DNA from: Candidatus Adlerbacteria bacterium
Lineage (GTDB): Bacteria; Patescibacteriota; Minisyncoccia; Phycocordibacterales; SBAW01
Length of the DNA: 64,000 bases
Assembly (NCBI GenBank): GCA_029288895.1
Contig: JARIGK010000001.1
Coordinates: 1,446 to 65,445 of the forward strand
Reading direction: 5' to 3'
Both the position numbers and the translations under genes were made by a program. This document shows, piece by piece, positions 1 through 8,431 of the stretch (position 1 is its first letter; each line of letters begins with the position of its first letter). The notes beneath the pieces are model-generated. The model was not told where the DNA came from. It saw only the letters and a list, made by a program, of their open reading frames with translations, and did no database searches.

Positions 1-223
1 GCAACTTGGCATCCTGCTGCCGCTCGATGGGAATGTTTCACTTACAATAACGGTGATACGGATCTGTGGCGATACGTATCGTCTAGACCTGGACAATTTG
101 CTCACCGGCGTTATGAGTAGCTTGGACGACAAGCCTTTTATGCCAAGCGCACCGCTCTTGCGGGACGATGAACAAATAACGTCGGTGCATCTGAACCTCG
201 AGACCATTACCGGCGGCGCTTAA
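1..223 (+). CDS. 3' fragment of a RusA-family Holliday-junction resolvase-like gene (5' end outside the window)
   Basis: Frame 2 is open from position 2 to TAA at 221-223. It translates to ...TITVIRICGDTYRLDLDNLLTGVMSSLDDKPFMPSAPLLRDDEQITSVHLNLETITGGA. The DLDNL...DD.Q motif pattern resembles RusA. It is missing from the ORF track because it has no start codon in the window. Confidence 0.4.
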   Translation, partial: QLGILLPLDGNVSLTITVIRICGDTYRLDLDNLLTGVMSSLDDKPFMPSAPLLRDDEQITSVHLNLETITGGA

Positions 224-246
224 TTGCGCCGCCTTTTCTTTTGTTG
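208..246 (+). terminator. Rho-independent terminator
   Basis: GC hairpin ggcggcgc-ttaatt-gcgccgcc followed by ttttcttttg, directly after the TAA at 221-223. Confidence 0.7.
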
Positions 247-311
247 AGTCTGCGACTTAAATCTGGTACTGTAGCCATTGTTCAATAGGGTCTAAAAACG
301 TTCTAAAACAT

Positions 312-387
312 GCGCGCGTAGCTCAGTTGGTAGAGCATTCGACTGATACTCGAAAGGTCCTAGGTTCGATCCCTAGCGCGCGCACCA
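312..387 (+). tRNA. tRNA-Ile (anticodon GAT), CCA encoded
   Basis: Cloverleaf read by eye. Acceptor GCGCGCG/CGCGCGC, D-arm GCTC-AGTTGGTA-GAGC, anticodon stem TTCGA/TCGAA with loop CTGATAC (anticodon GAT), T-arm CTAGG-TTCGATC-CCTAG, discriminator A plus CCA. Confidence 0.9.
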
Positions 388-395
388 TAACCATT

Positions 396-827
396 ATGTC
401 CCTCGACGATCACCACAAACACTTTCTGGGTTATATAGCCCAGAAAGCGGTTATTGAGAAAGAGGGAAAAATTTTACTTGTTCAGTACCCGAATAATGGA
501 ACTCCTTTTGCTGGATATTGGGATTTGCCAGGTGGACGACTTAACGATTTTGAGACGGCGCTAGAAGGAGCTAAGCGGGAAGTGGAGGAAGAGATAGGGG
601 CCTCTGTAAACATCCATGAAGTTTTGGCCACAGGGGCCAATCGAGTTCGAGATGATTTCAAATTGTTTTATGTAATCTACCGAGCTTCCTTGGTTGATAC
701 AGAGCAGGGGCTTACGCCTGAAGTAGGAGAGATTGGCGCAATCGAATGGAAGGACAAGGCAGAATTCTTTAACACGCTTCCGTTGGTCTATAAAGGATAC
801 GCCGAAGCGCTCAAGGGCATAATCTAA
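396..827 (+). CDS. NUDIX hydrolase
   Basis: Nudix box GGRLNDFETALEGAKREVEEEIG. The track ORF begins inside the tRNA, so the start was moved to the first ATG after the tRNA (MSLDDHH...). Confidence 0.8.
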   Translation: MSLDDHHKHFLGYIAQKAVIEKEGKILLVQYPNNGTPFAGYWDLPGGRLNDFETALEGAKREVEEEIGASVNIHEVLATGANRVRDDFKLFYVIYRASLVDTEQGLTPEVGEIGAIEWKDKAEFFNTLPLVYKGYAEALKGII

Positions 828-896
828 ATTTTCGGTAGTGTGTAACCATAGCAGATTTTAGAAATATTTTATCTCCCGGAGAGTAGAGTAGGGTGT

Positions 897-1118
897 ATGT
901 ATAGCATTGCATCACCCTACTTTGTTTTGAACGACAAACCACAAAAGGAGAGTGAAAAGAAGGCGCGGCTCGAGCGGCAGTTTGCAGATTTGTACCATTT
1001 GTTTTTGCAGAAGGTTGCTTCGATGCCAGTGCAGAAAGCCGCCTCATACGAAGAAGAACAGCGCCTGTTGGCGCTGTTTTCCGAACTCCATGAATTGAAG
1101 CGCGAGCTTGAACGCTAG
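897..1118 (+). CDS. hypothetical small protein (73 aa, charged, predicted helical)
   Basis: ORF lying between the NUDIX gene and the convergent radC. Only ORF-level evidence. Confidence 0.3.
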   Translation: MYSIASPYFVLNDKPQKESEKKARLERQFADLYHLFLQKVASMPVQKAASYEEEQRLLALFSELHELKRELER

Positions 1119-1119
1119 C

Positions 1120-1866
1120 TTACTGGTAGGTGACAGGGACGCTCGAGTAGCCGTCCTTGGTAACGATGATGTGGTCGAGTATTTCGATGCCCATAATTTT
1201 GCCCGACTGGACAAGCTGCTTGGTAAATTCGATATCAGCCAAACTTGCCTGCATATTGCCCGAGGGGTGATTGTGTGCGAGCACAATAGCAACGGCCGAA
1301 TATTCGAGCGCGGGGCGGAATACTTCGCGCGGGTGCACCAAGTTGGCATCGATAGTGCCTATAGAAATGGCCTCGTCGTGGATGAGGCGGTGGTGGCTGT
1401 TTAAGTACAGTCCGCGCAACTGTTCTTTGGGAAGCGTGCGCATATCGTGCAAATATTCGTACGCATCTTGTGCTTCTTTAATGATGGTGCTGCCGGCATT
1501 GGACGGTTTAAAGAAGCGCTTGCCAAGCTCGGCACACGCCGCAAGCTGCAGCGCTTTGTTAAGCGGAATGCCGAGCGCTTTGCTCATCGCGTCAGGGTTG
1601 ATATTGCCTGTGATGCTTTGTTCGCCATACTCGCGTAGCATGCGTTTACTCATTGCGAGGACGTCTTCTTTAGTACTGCCGCGGCCAAGCACGATGGCCA
1701 GAAGTTCGGCATTAGAAAGTGCGCCTGCGCCCAGTGACAAAAACTTCTCACGAGGCTTTTGTTCAGGCGGAAGGTCGCGAAGTTTGTAGACGTGTTTTTT
1801 ATAGGTGCCGTCGAGGATATCGACCAAGAGCTGGTGGGAATCTTTAATCAAGTAGGTCTCTTTCAT
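1120..1866 (-). CDS. radC: RadC-family JAB/MPN domain protein
   Basis: HxHPSG JAMM motif (LAHNHPSGN) and an N-terminal HhH-like region (LSNAELLAIVLGRGS). The length is typical for the family. Confidence 0.9.
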   Translation of the reverse strand: MKETYLIKDSHQLLVDILDGTYKKHVYKLRDLPPEQKPREKFLSLGAGALSNAELLAIVLGRGSTKEDVLAMSKRMLREYGEQSITGNINPDAMSKALGIPLNKALQLAACAELGKRFFKPSNAGSTIIKEAQDAYEYLHDMRTLPKEQLRGLYLNSHHRLIHDEAISIGTIDANLVHPREVFRPALEYSAVAIVLAHNHPSGNMQASLADIEFTKQLVQSGKIMGIEILDHIIVTKDGYSSVPVTYQ

Positions 1867-1878
1867 ACTGAAAGCCTA

Positions 1879-3846
1879 TCACGAAATGAGCGGCAAACGC
1901 ATCAGGAGGGTAGTGCTTTGCCCCCATACGCTGTCCGCCTCGAGGCTCCCGCCGTGGCGCTCGGCGATGTGCCGCGCTAAGGCGAGCCCCAGGCCGCTGC
2001 CGCTGATATGTTCCGAGCCCTTTGCTCGCCAGAAGCGGTCAAAGATGTGGGGGAGGTCTCCGGGCGCAATACCGATACCTGTGTCTGTAATGGTCAGGAG
2101 GGCCGTGCCGCCATCTTTGGCCAGAGAGACGCTGATGGTCCGTTCGCCATCATCGCGCATATATTTGATGGAATTGCTCAAGAGCCCCACGACCGCCTCG
2201 CGGAGTTTATTGGCGTCGCCTTTGACATGAACATCCGCGGCGAGTGTGCTCTCCAAACGAATGCCGCGATCGGCCGCAATAATGTCGACTTCTTCAAGCA
2301 GGTCGGATAGGAGCGCCGAAAAATCAACATTGATGTGCGGTTCTTCCGCGCTATTTTCCAAACGTGCGAGCCGCAAGAAGTCGTTGATGAAAACAGAGAG
2401 TTCGCTAATGGACACTTCGAGTGCGCGAATGCCAGGGTCCTCGGGCGTCGTGGCTTTGAGGGTCTCGAGCTTGGTTTGGAGCACCGTCAGCGGCGTCTGC
2501 AGGTTATGAGAAATATCGAGCATCAGATGACGTTGGTCTTCTTGCAGTTGTTTGAGTTCTTGCGTGCGTTGTTCGACCTTATCTTCGAGTTCTGCTGCGT
2601 GTTCTTTTACCTGTTCGTAGAGGGTTGCGCGTGCGAGTGCCGTGGATGCTTGGAGTGCAAATGTCTCGAGTAGATGTTTGTCTTGCACGGTATAGTCATC
2701 CCCCGAGCGTTTGGCACCCAAAAATATATTCCCTACAACCTGGTCTTCAGACATGATGGGGATCGAAAGGACAGCGCCCAGTGCCACTTCGCTCCCTTGT
2801 ACCATAGACACTTTTTCCGCGCGCAAAATGCGCGTCAAATGATGTTCGCACTGGTATATCAACTCATTGATGTCGATGCTCGCATACAAACATTCTGTCA
2901 GTGTGCGCAGTGCCTGTGCGTAGTCATAGGTATCTTTGAAAAATATAGTGTCTGTGATCTTGCGGAACTGTTTCTCAAGGCGCGGGACTGTCAGAATGCC
3001 GATGAGTGTAGTTGCAACGGCGCTCGAAAACATACGGTCCGGGTCATCTTGGAAGAACATCGCAAGCATGCTTAATATCACTGAGTAGGAAGACACTACG
3101 AGTGCCAAGAGGGCGCTGTAGATAAGGCCGCGCTGGATGACGACGCGGATGTCGAGTAGTTGGTGGCGCACAATGGCGTATGCCGCTGCGGTTGCCATCA
3201 CGATTGCTGCAGAGGGTCCAAGCAAGATATACGAGAAGATGCCGAACGCGGGCAGAAGCGCATCGCCCAGCGCCGTGGCTGCGGCGCTTACGCCAACACC
3301 AAGCAACAGGTACGACAGCTGTGTGCGTTCGCGGCCCTGCGCGCGGAGATAATGGCGGACAAAAAGTGCCAAGCTTACACAGAGATACACGACAGTGGCA
3401 GTGGCGAAGACCCATACATACGGGCCATTGATTGGATGCCACGCACCATCTCTGCCGCGCTCCATGCTTTTGATGTAGGCGCCCGTGGAGCTAAATGCAA
3501 TAACGGCAAGTAATGGGAGCGAGCCCAGCAGTGCATAGCGCGGCAACTCTTTGCGGTCAGGGTAGACGCTCGAAAAAAGAAAGAGGCCGCCAAAGATAGG
3601 GAAGTCGCAATAGACAACAAATTGGCTATACCAAAAATTGCCCGTCAAAAGGAGTAACGATAGTAGTATCGACCACGCACCAAGCCCCCAAATAAAAAAG
3701 CAGAACAATTGGTTACTGCGACGTGTGGGCCCGTGCACAAGGACGAACAGTCCAATGCACACAAGCACGACCCCGACAACAATCTGTGCGTAATAAGCGT
3801 CCTGCATGGCGGTCCTACCCATTGTCTCAAGAAAAAGGGCCCGCAC
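1879..3846 (-). CDS. sensor histidine kinase with an N-terminal multi-TM (7TM-type) sensor, a GAF-like region and HisKA/HATPase_c domains
   Basis: Multiple hydrophobic helices at the N-terminus. H-box LDISHNLQTPLT; G-boxes ITDTGIGIAPGDLPHIFDRFWRA and GSGLGLALARHIAERHGGSL. Confidence 0.9.
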   Translation of the reverse strand: MRALFLETMGRTAMQDAYYAQIVVGVVLVCIGLFVLVHGPTRRSNQLFCFFIWGLGAWSILLSLLLLTGNFWYSQFVVYCDFPIFGGLFLFSSVYPDRKELPRYALLGSLPLLAVIAFSSTGAYIKSMERGRDGAWHPINGPYVWVFATATVVYLCVSLALFVRHYLRAQGRERTQLSYLLLGVGVSAAATALGDALLPAFGIFSYILLGPSAAIVMATAAAYAIVRHQLLDIRVVIQRGLIYSALLALVVSSYSVILSMLAMFFQDDPDRMFSSAVATTLIGILTVPRLEKQFRKITDTIFFKDTYDYAQALRTLTECLYASIDINELIYQCEHHLTRILRAEKVSMVQGSEVALGAVLSIPIMSEDQVVGNIFLGAKRSGDDYTVQDKHLLETFALQASTALARATLYEQVKEHAAELEDKVEQRTQELKQLQEDQRHLMLDISHNLQTPLTVLQTKLETLKATTPEDPGIRALEVSISELSVFINDFLRLARLENSAEEPHINVDFSALLSDLLEEVDIIAADRGIRLESTLAADVHVKGDANKLREAVVGLLSNSIKYMRDDGERTISVSLAKDGGTALLTITDTGIGIAPGDLPHIFDRFWRAKGSEHISGSGLGLALARHIAERHGGSLEADSVWGQSTTLLMRLPLIS

Positions 3847-3868
3847 AATGGCGGGCCCTCGAGAGAGC

Positions 3869-4456
3869 TTAAACGGGGCGGAACGTGTCGCACCGCATCC
3901 GGAAGAGGCACGGTGGCGGGTCGGACTGGTAGTATCGGCGCCCGGCTAGAGGTACTTTGCTCAGGTCAGGGAGCGAAGCAGCATTCTCTTCGAGAATGAT
4001 GCCAAGCTCGCGAAGTCGCTTAAAGGTGTACGGCCTCCCTTCGCTGATAAGCCACTCGATGCCTTGTGCCGCAGCAAAACGGCACGCCTCATGGAGTACC
4101 CGCAGCGACACAGAAGACTTTTGTTTGGATGAAAACCACCGTCCTGCTTGGGGATGGATACTTCGGCGATAGGTGATATCGCAGAAGAGTGCGGACACCG
4201 CGTCGTATCCGTACACTTCCTCAAGTGGATGCGGAGTGTGGTCATCGCGGAACTCGATATACATCGAGCCGACCACAACTTCGTCCTGCCATGCGCCAAA
4301 GAGGAACCCGCGCGGTGAGCACGGAGGAGCTTCGCACCCATGCGTGTTGTACGCATGGGTGCGGATGAAGGCATCGATCGCATCCCACTGGCCGGGCGTC
4401 CGAGCCAGGCGAGTTTCGATGCGTTCATCCGTGGGTAGGGCGGCACTCACCACCAC
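3869..4456 (-). CDS. hypothetical protein (195 aa), possibly a GNAT-fold or N-acyl-amino-acid-synthase-like acyltransferase
   Basis: The ORF overlaps the ThiF-like gene by 10 nt and ends 22 nt before the kinase gene, so it is co-operonic. There is no unambiguous motif and the fold assignment is tentative. Confidence 0.3.
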   Translation of the reverse strand: MVVSAALPTDERIETRLARTPGQWDAIDAFIRTHAYNTHGCEAPPCSPRGFLFGAWQDEVVVGSMYIEFRDDHTPHPLEEVYGYDAVSALFCDITYRRSIHPQAGRWFSSKQKSSVSLRVLHEACRFAAAQGIEWLISEGRPYTFKRLRELGIILEENAASLPDLSKVPLAGRRYYQSDPPPCLFRMRCDTFRPV

Positions 4457-5445
4457 ACCCCGGTGTGTGAGGTGGCCTTCATGTGCACCGCATCGAATGC
4501 CAAATATCCAGGCATCGAAGGGAGAGGCTCAAACATACGCGCACGCGCTGAGCGGGCGTACACGAGTTCAGTTATGATGCGATTGGCCATAAAGCCCGTC
4601 GCCATGGGAGGGTTCGACGCGATAATGCTCGCGCGGCCTTCACGGGTGAGGCGCTCCATAAAGGCATCCTTGGTGCTATAGGTACCGCCAGGGACCCCAT
4701 ATTCGGGTAGTGTGGGCACGAATGCCCGAAGGATGACTTCGATGATGTGGTCGCGGGTGGCCTGTTGCTCTGCCTCCGTACCCGCGCGGGTACGGATTGC
4801 ATGCTCGAGCTGCGTGGCTTTTTCATAGTTAAAGCCGAGCACTTCTTCAAGTGTCATGCTGTCGTGCGTGAACTTGAAGCAGAAGGTCGAGTGCCCAACC
4901 GTGTCGCAATTGAGTAGCGGGATCCGTTGCTCGCGGGCGCGAATGTGCAGCAGTACCCGTGCGCCGATCGAGAAGAACTCGATCTCGTCGGACACGAGGT
5001 CACATCCGTAGAGAAAATGCTCGACGGTGTCCTCGGTGATTCCTTGTGGATAGATCACTAAAGGAACATCATCCGAAATGGCGCGGATCATCCGGGCTGT
5101 TTCGAGCGCCTTAGACTTGCCGACGGTCGTACGGCCAGCGCCAAACTGCCGATTGATGTTCGACGTATCGAACTCTTCGCAATCGGCGATACGCACTTCG
5201 CCTACGCCTGCACGCACAAGCGTTGCAGCAATAAGTCCGCCCATACCGCCGCAGCCAGCAACGCCGACGACGGAGGTGTGCAGCATCTGCTGTTCGTCCG
5301 GTGCGAGCCATCCAATGTTGCGGTCGGTGCGTTCGCGGTAGTAGGCATCGCTCGCGTTCGTTGGCACAAGCCGGTAGATAACCCCAGGCTCTGCATGGTC
5401 GGGCACGTCAGTGCAGGTGACTATGCGCACACTTCGTTCACTCAT
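4447..5445 (-). CDS. ThiF/MoeB/E1-like adenylyltransferase family protein
   Basis: Rossmann motif VGVAGCGGMGGLIAATL with ADCEEFDTSNINRQ (E1-like ATP-binding signature). It carries N- and C-terminal extensions relative to minimal ThiF. Confidence 0.8.
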   Translation of the reverse strand: MSERSVRIVTCTDVPDHAEPGVIYRLVPTNASDAYYRERTDRNIGWLAPDEQQMLHTSVVGVAGCGGMGGLIAATLVRAGVGEVRIADCEEFDTSNINRQFGAGRTTVGKSKALETARMIRAISDDVPLVIYPQGITEDTVEHFLYGCDLVSDEIEFFSIGARVLLHIRAREQRIPLLNCDTVGHSTFCFKFTHDSMTLEEVLGFNYEKATQLEHAIRTRAGTEAEQQATRDHIIEVILRAFVPTLPEYGVPGGTYSTKDAFMERLTREGRASIIASNPPMATGFMANRIITELVYARSARARMFEPLPSMPGYLAFDAVHMKATSHTGVWW

Positions 5446-5596
5446 TGTGTACTCCTATGTAGAGGTGCTTTCAAAGGACGGAATCGTCCACCTCAAATCG
5501 TAAGAAAAAAGCGATAAAATCGGCCCAAGGTTTTTGTCAAAACTTTAAGTATTTTTTATAAATACTTTATAACTTTTATATCAAATGTTGTTCCGA

Positions 5597-6265
5597 TTAA
5601 ACCCCTATTTTGTAGCCGCGAGAGGGAACAGTTTGGATGATACGGCTCTTGCCCGAGTCGCCAATTTTCTTACGAAGCGATAGCATGTGCGACTCAATCG
5701 TATTGGAAAAGATGTCTGTGTTCATGTCCCAGACGTGCTCCAAGATCATGCCACGCGACAGCACGGTGCCTTCGTTTTGCATCAAATAATGCAGGAGCAT
5801 AAATTCTTTGCGCGTCAGGTAAATATCTTTTTTGCCGCGGCGCACCGTATATTTTTTTGCATCAAGCACGAGGTCACCGATCGTAAACATATCGCTTTCG
5901 ATTGGTTTGGGTCGGCGCAGCAGTGCGCGGACGCGCGCCAAAAGTTCGCTTAATACAAAGGGTTTTGTAAGGTAGTCGTCGGCGCCGGTATTTAAAAGGT
6001 CGACCTTTTTCAGTGCTTCGTTTGTCACCGACAATATTAAGATAGGTGTGGTGATGCCGCTCGTACGCACCTCGCGCAAGACCTCGATGCCTTCTTTTTT
6101 TGGCAACAGGTTGTCCAAAATAATGAGGTCGTACTCGTTGATGTGCGCCAGGTGGCTGCCTTGCTCGCCATCCTCTGCGACATCAACGGCAAAGTATTCT
6201 GCCTCGAGCGATTGCTTTATGAAATTCGCGATCTTTGGTTCGTCCTCGACCAGAAGTATCCTCAT
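5597..6265 (-). CDS. OmpR-family response regulator (receiver plus winged-helix domain)
   Basis: MRILLVEDEP...DLIILDNLLP receiver motifs. C-terminal TRKEFMLLHYLMQNEGTVLSR...RGYKIGV winged helix. Confidence 0.92.
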   Translation of the reverse strand: MRILLVEDEPKIANFIKQSLEAEYFAVDVAEDGEQGSHLAHINEYDLIILDNLLPKKEGIEVLREVRTSGITTPILILSVTNEALKKVDLLNTGADDYLTKPFVLSELLARVRALLRRPKPIESDMFTIGDLVLDAKKYTVRRGKKDIYLTRKEFMLLHYLMQNEGTVLSRGMILEHVWDMNTDIFSNTIESHMLSLRKKIGDSGKSRIIQTVPSRGYKIGV

Positions 6266-6329
6266 AAATTTATCGTTTTATTATCGCGGGCCTATGCCCA
6301 TCTTAGCACCGGCTCCCTATACTTTTTGT

Positions 6330-6461
6330 ATGGAACAAATACAGGACTACCGGTGTGCGTGCGGCAAATTACTCTGTAAGGGGGCACTTTTGGCAGGGCG
6401 TATCGAGATCAAATGCCGCCGGTGTGGCGAAATCGCTTCTCTACAGGTACGTTTGTTATAG
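6330..6461 (+). CDS. Com-like zinc-ribbon small protein (43 aa)
   Basis: MEQIQDYRCACGKLLCKGALLAGRIEIKCRRCGEIASLQVRLL has the CxC-GKLL...IEIKCRRC pattern of phage Mu Com-type zinc ribbons. It is the C-terminal part of track ORF 6048..6461, whose upstream part overlaps the response-regulator gene on the opposite strand. Confidence 0.5.
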   Translation: MEQIQDYRCACGKLLCKGALLAGRIEIKCRRCGEIASLQVRLL

Positions 6462-6468
6462 TGCGCGG

Positions 6469-7137
6469 ATGGACCGATGGGATGTTACTCCAAAAGAAGC
6501 GGTAGCGTTGCAGAAAACGCTTCGCTCGCAGGTGCAGCTTGTGCCCCTCAAAAAGAAACCAGCACTCATCGGTGGATGCGACGTGAGCATGAATAGATTC
6601 GCAAAGAACGGCTTTGCAGGGTTTGTGGTGCTTGACGCAGAGACGCTGCGGATGGTTGACCATGCTGTTATAGAAGACACCATTCCGTTTCCCTATATTC
6701 CAGGGTTACTTTCTTTTCGTGAGATCCCGATGCTTCTCAAAGCCTGGGAGAAACTCAAAACAAAACCTGATGTGATTGTGGTCGATGGTGTTGGTATTGC
6801 GCACCCGCGGCGGATGGGGATTGCAACGCATTTGGGATTGGTTTTGAATATTCCAACTATTGGCTGTGCCAAGAGCGTGCTGACAGGGGTGTACGATGAG
6901 CCGGGGGATGAGTTTGGTTCAGTCTCATATATGCATGACCCGAAGACAGACGAAGTGATTGGTGCTGCGCTGCGCACCAAAGTTGGAGTAACGCCCGTCT
7001 ACATTTCGGCTGGCAACGGAATCACTCTCGAAGAGTCGATCGGCATAGTACAACGATGCGTCATTAAGCACCGTCTGCCCGAACCGACGCGCCTGGCCCA
7101 CAATACGGTGAACGAATTTCGTCTTGCATCGCACTAA
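6469..7137 (+). CDS. nfi: endonuclease V (deoxyinosine 3' endonuclease)
   Basis: The start was moved to the internal ATG (MDRWDVTPKEA...). Conserved GCDVS...VVLD...LSFRE...VDGVGIAHPRRMGIATHLG signature of Nfi. Confidence 0.85.
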   Translation: MDRWDVTPKEAVALQKTLRSQVQLVPLKKKPALIGGCDVSMNRFAKNGFAGFVVLDAETLRMVDHAVIEDTIPFPYIPGLLSFREIPMLLKAWEKLKTKPDVIVVDGVGIAHPRRMGIATHLGLVLNIPTIGCAKSVLTGVYDEPGDEFGSVSYMHDPKTDEVIGAALRTKVGVTPVYISAGNGITLEESIGIVQRCVIKHRLPEPTRLAHNTVNEFRLASH

Positions 7138-7199
7138 TGCGTTTTGTATTCTGTACACGAATCAGTTGTTTTTATTTTGCTACCAGAAGGAGGTAGAGG

Positions 7200-7565
7200 A
7201 TGGGGAAGCCACACGAGATTCGTATTGCTGACGCCAAAAAAATAAAGCCGTCTGTGCGTGTACGTGAACCCGGACCGGCGGTTGATGAGAGCGAGTGCAA
7301 GCCGAAGATCTGGTTTGCCCCAAAGTCGCTCGTGCCACCCGCAGGCTGGGAACTCGGAAAAGTTATTGAAAATTTCCGGCCGGAGTACACCTACGGCTTC
7401 GTTGCTGTCGGGCGAAGGAGTGTCTACATCTCAAAATCTCTTTTTGATAGATGCCCTGGCTTTAAAGCCGGTGCTCAGGTTTTTGTGGAGATACAAGAAG
7501 GCTGCAATGGAGAGCGCCCACGAGTAAAGAATATATTGCTGGCAGTTTCTAAGCCGGCGACATAA
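7200..7565 (+). CDS. hypothetical protein with a possible cold-shock/OB-fold-like segment
   Basis: ORF preceded by a GGAGG at 7190-7194 and followed by a terminator. The GKVIENF...YGFV...VYISKS...GAQVFVEI pattern resembles cold-shock-domain topology. Confidence 0.45.
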   Translation: MGKPHEIRIADAKKIKPSVRVREPGPAVDESECKPKIWFAPKSLVPPAGWELGKVIENFRPEYTYGFVAVGRRSVYISKSLFDRCPGFKAGAQVFVEIQEGCNGERPRVKNILLAVSKPAT

Positions 7566-7567
7566 AG

Positions 7568-7600
7568 AAAAAGGGAGAAACTCTCCCTTATTTTTTTATG
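7568..7600 (+). terminator. Rho-independent terminator
   Basis: Hairpin agggagaaactctccct followed by tatttttttat. Confidence 0.7.
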
Positions 7601-7640
7601 TAAAGTACGGTATAAAAGAGAACACGTTCGTGCATTGTGT

Positions 7641-7723
7641 GGGCATGTGGCGGAATTTGGTATACGCGTACGTCTCAGAAGCGTATCCCGTAAGGGTTGG
7701 GAGTTCGAGTCTCCCCATGCCCA
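7641..7723 (+). tRNA. tRNA-Leu (anticodon CAG), class II with long variable arm; CCA not encoded
   Basis: Acceptor GGGCATG/CATGCCC, D-arm GCGG-AATTTGGTATA-CGC, anticodon stem TACGT/GCGTA with loop CTCAGAA (anticodon CAG), long variable arm TCCCGTAAGGGTT, T-arm GGGAG-TTCGAGT-CTCCC, discriminator A. Confidence 0.88.
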
Positions 7724-7825
7724 CAGAGCGCAGGAACCTGAAGAAATCTTCATAAAACATTCATCTGCTCTGCTATAGTTTTAATGGCGAGGAATAGCCT
7801 CGTATTTAAAAACTATTCTATTTGT

Positions 7826-8431
7826 ATGAACGAACAAAACAGGCCGTGGATTTGGGGCGGTGTCGCGGTGCTCGTGGTGCTGCTCGGGCTTTGGTGGTGG
7901 CACAGCGCACATACGTCTGCCGATTTGCAGGCGGCAGATTATGGCGCCCCAGCTGCGTCGTCGACCGATGCGCTCCAGGGCCCGACCACGTCAGTTGTGG
8001 CAGAAAATCGTGGCTCGTCGACCGTGATGGGGATACTGTCTAGCCTTTCAGGAGAGTCGCGCTTTGCTGGCCTCCTTGCCAATACGGGTGTCTCGGCAAG
8101 CATCTCGGGTAAGGGCCCGTACACGGTCTTTGTGCCAACCGATGCAAGCTTTGGCATGTTGCCCTCGGGCACCATCAACAACTTGAGCGCGTCGGAATTG
8201 AAGCGCTTGGTGCAATACCATGTCATCGCGGGCAAAGCGATTGATGTAAACGCACAAGTTGCAGGCACTGTCCCAGCATTATCGAAAGACATGCTTAACT
8301 TCAGCAAGAACGTCAATGATGTCAGTGCTCGCGTTAACAGCTCGGCTGTCATCCACGCATACAAAGCATCCAATGGCGTTGTGTATGTGATCGGAGCAGT
8401 ACTGTTGCCGCCCGTATCTACAACGCACTAA
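7826..8431 (+). CDS. fasciclin (FAS1) domain protein with an N-terminal signal anchor
   Basis: YTVFVPTDASFGMLP...LVQYHVIAGK FAS1 motifs plus a hydrophobic N-terminus. The start was chosen at the internal ATG 7826. Confidence 0.75.
   Translation: MNEQNRPWIWGGVAVLVVLLGLWWWHSAHTSADLQAADYGAPAASSTDALQGPTTSVVAENRGSSTVMGILSSLSGESRFAGLLANTGVSASISGKGPYTVFVPTDASFGMLPSGTINNLSASELKRLVQYHVIAGKAIDVNAQVAGTVPALSKDMLNFSKNVNDVSARVNSSAVIHAYKASNGVVYVIGAVLLPPVSTTH

Noticed and set aside
327-395. 5' extension of ORF 327..827 into the tRNA-Ile gene
   Set aside because: A protein-coding start inside a tRNA is implausible. The first ATG downstream of the tRNA (396) gives a complete NUDIX domain.
3961-4446. Alternative-frame ORF 3961..4446 (-) 161 aa, overlapping 3869..4456
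   Set aside because: The translation is Arg/Ser-rich and motif-free. The other frame gives a more protein-like composition and overlaps its neighbours the way operon genes do here.
6048-6329. N-terminal 94 codons of track ORF 6048..6461 (+)
   Set aside because: This part overlaps the response-regulator gene on the opposite strand and has no motif. Only the C-terminal 43-codon Com-like segment starting at ATG 6330, in intergenic DNA, is plausible.
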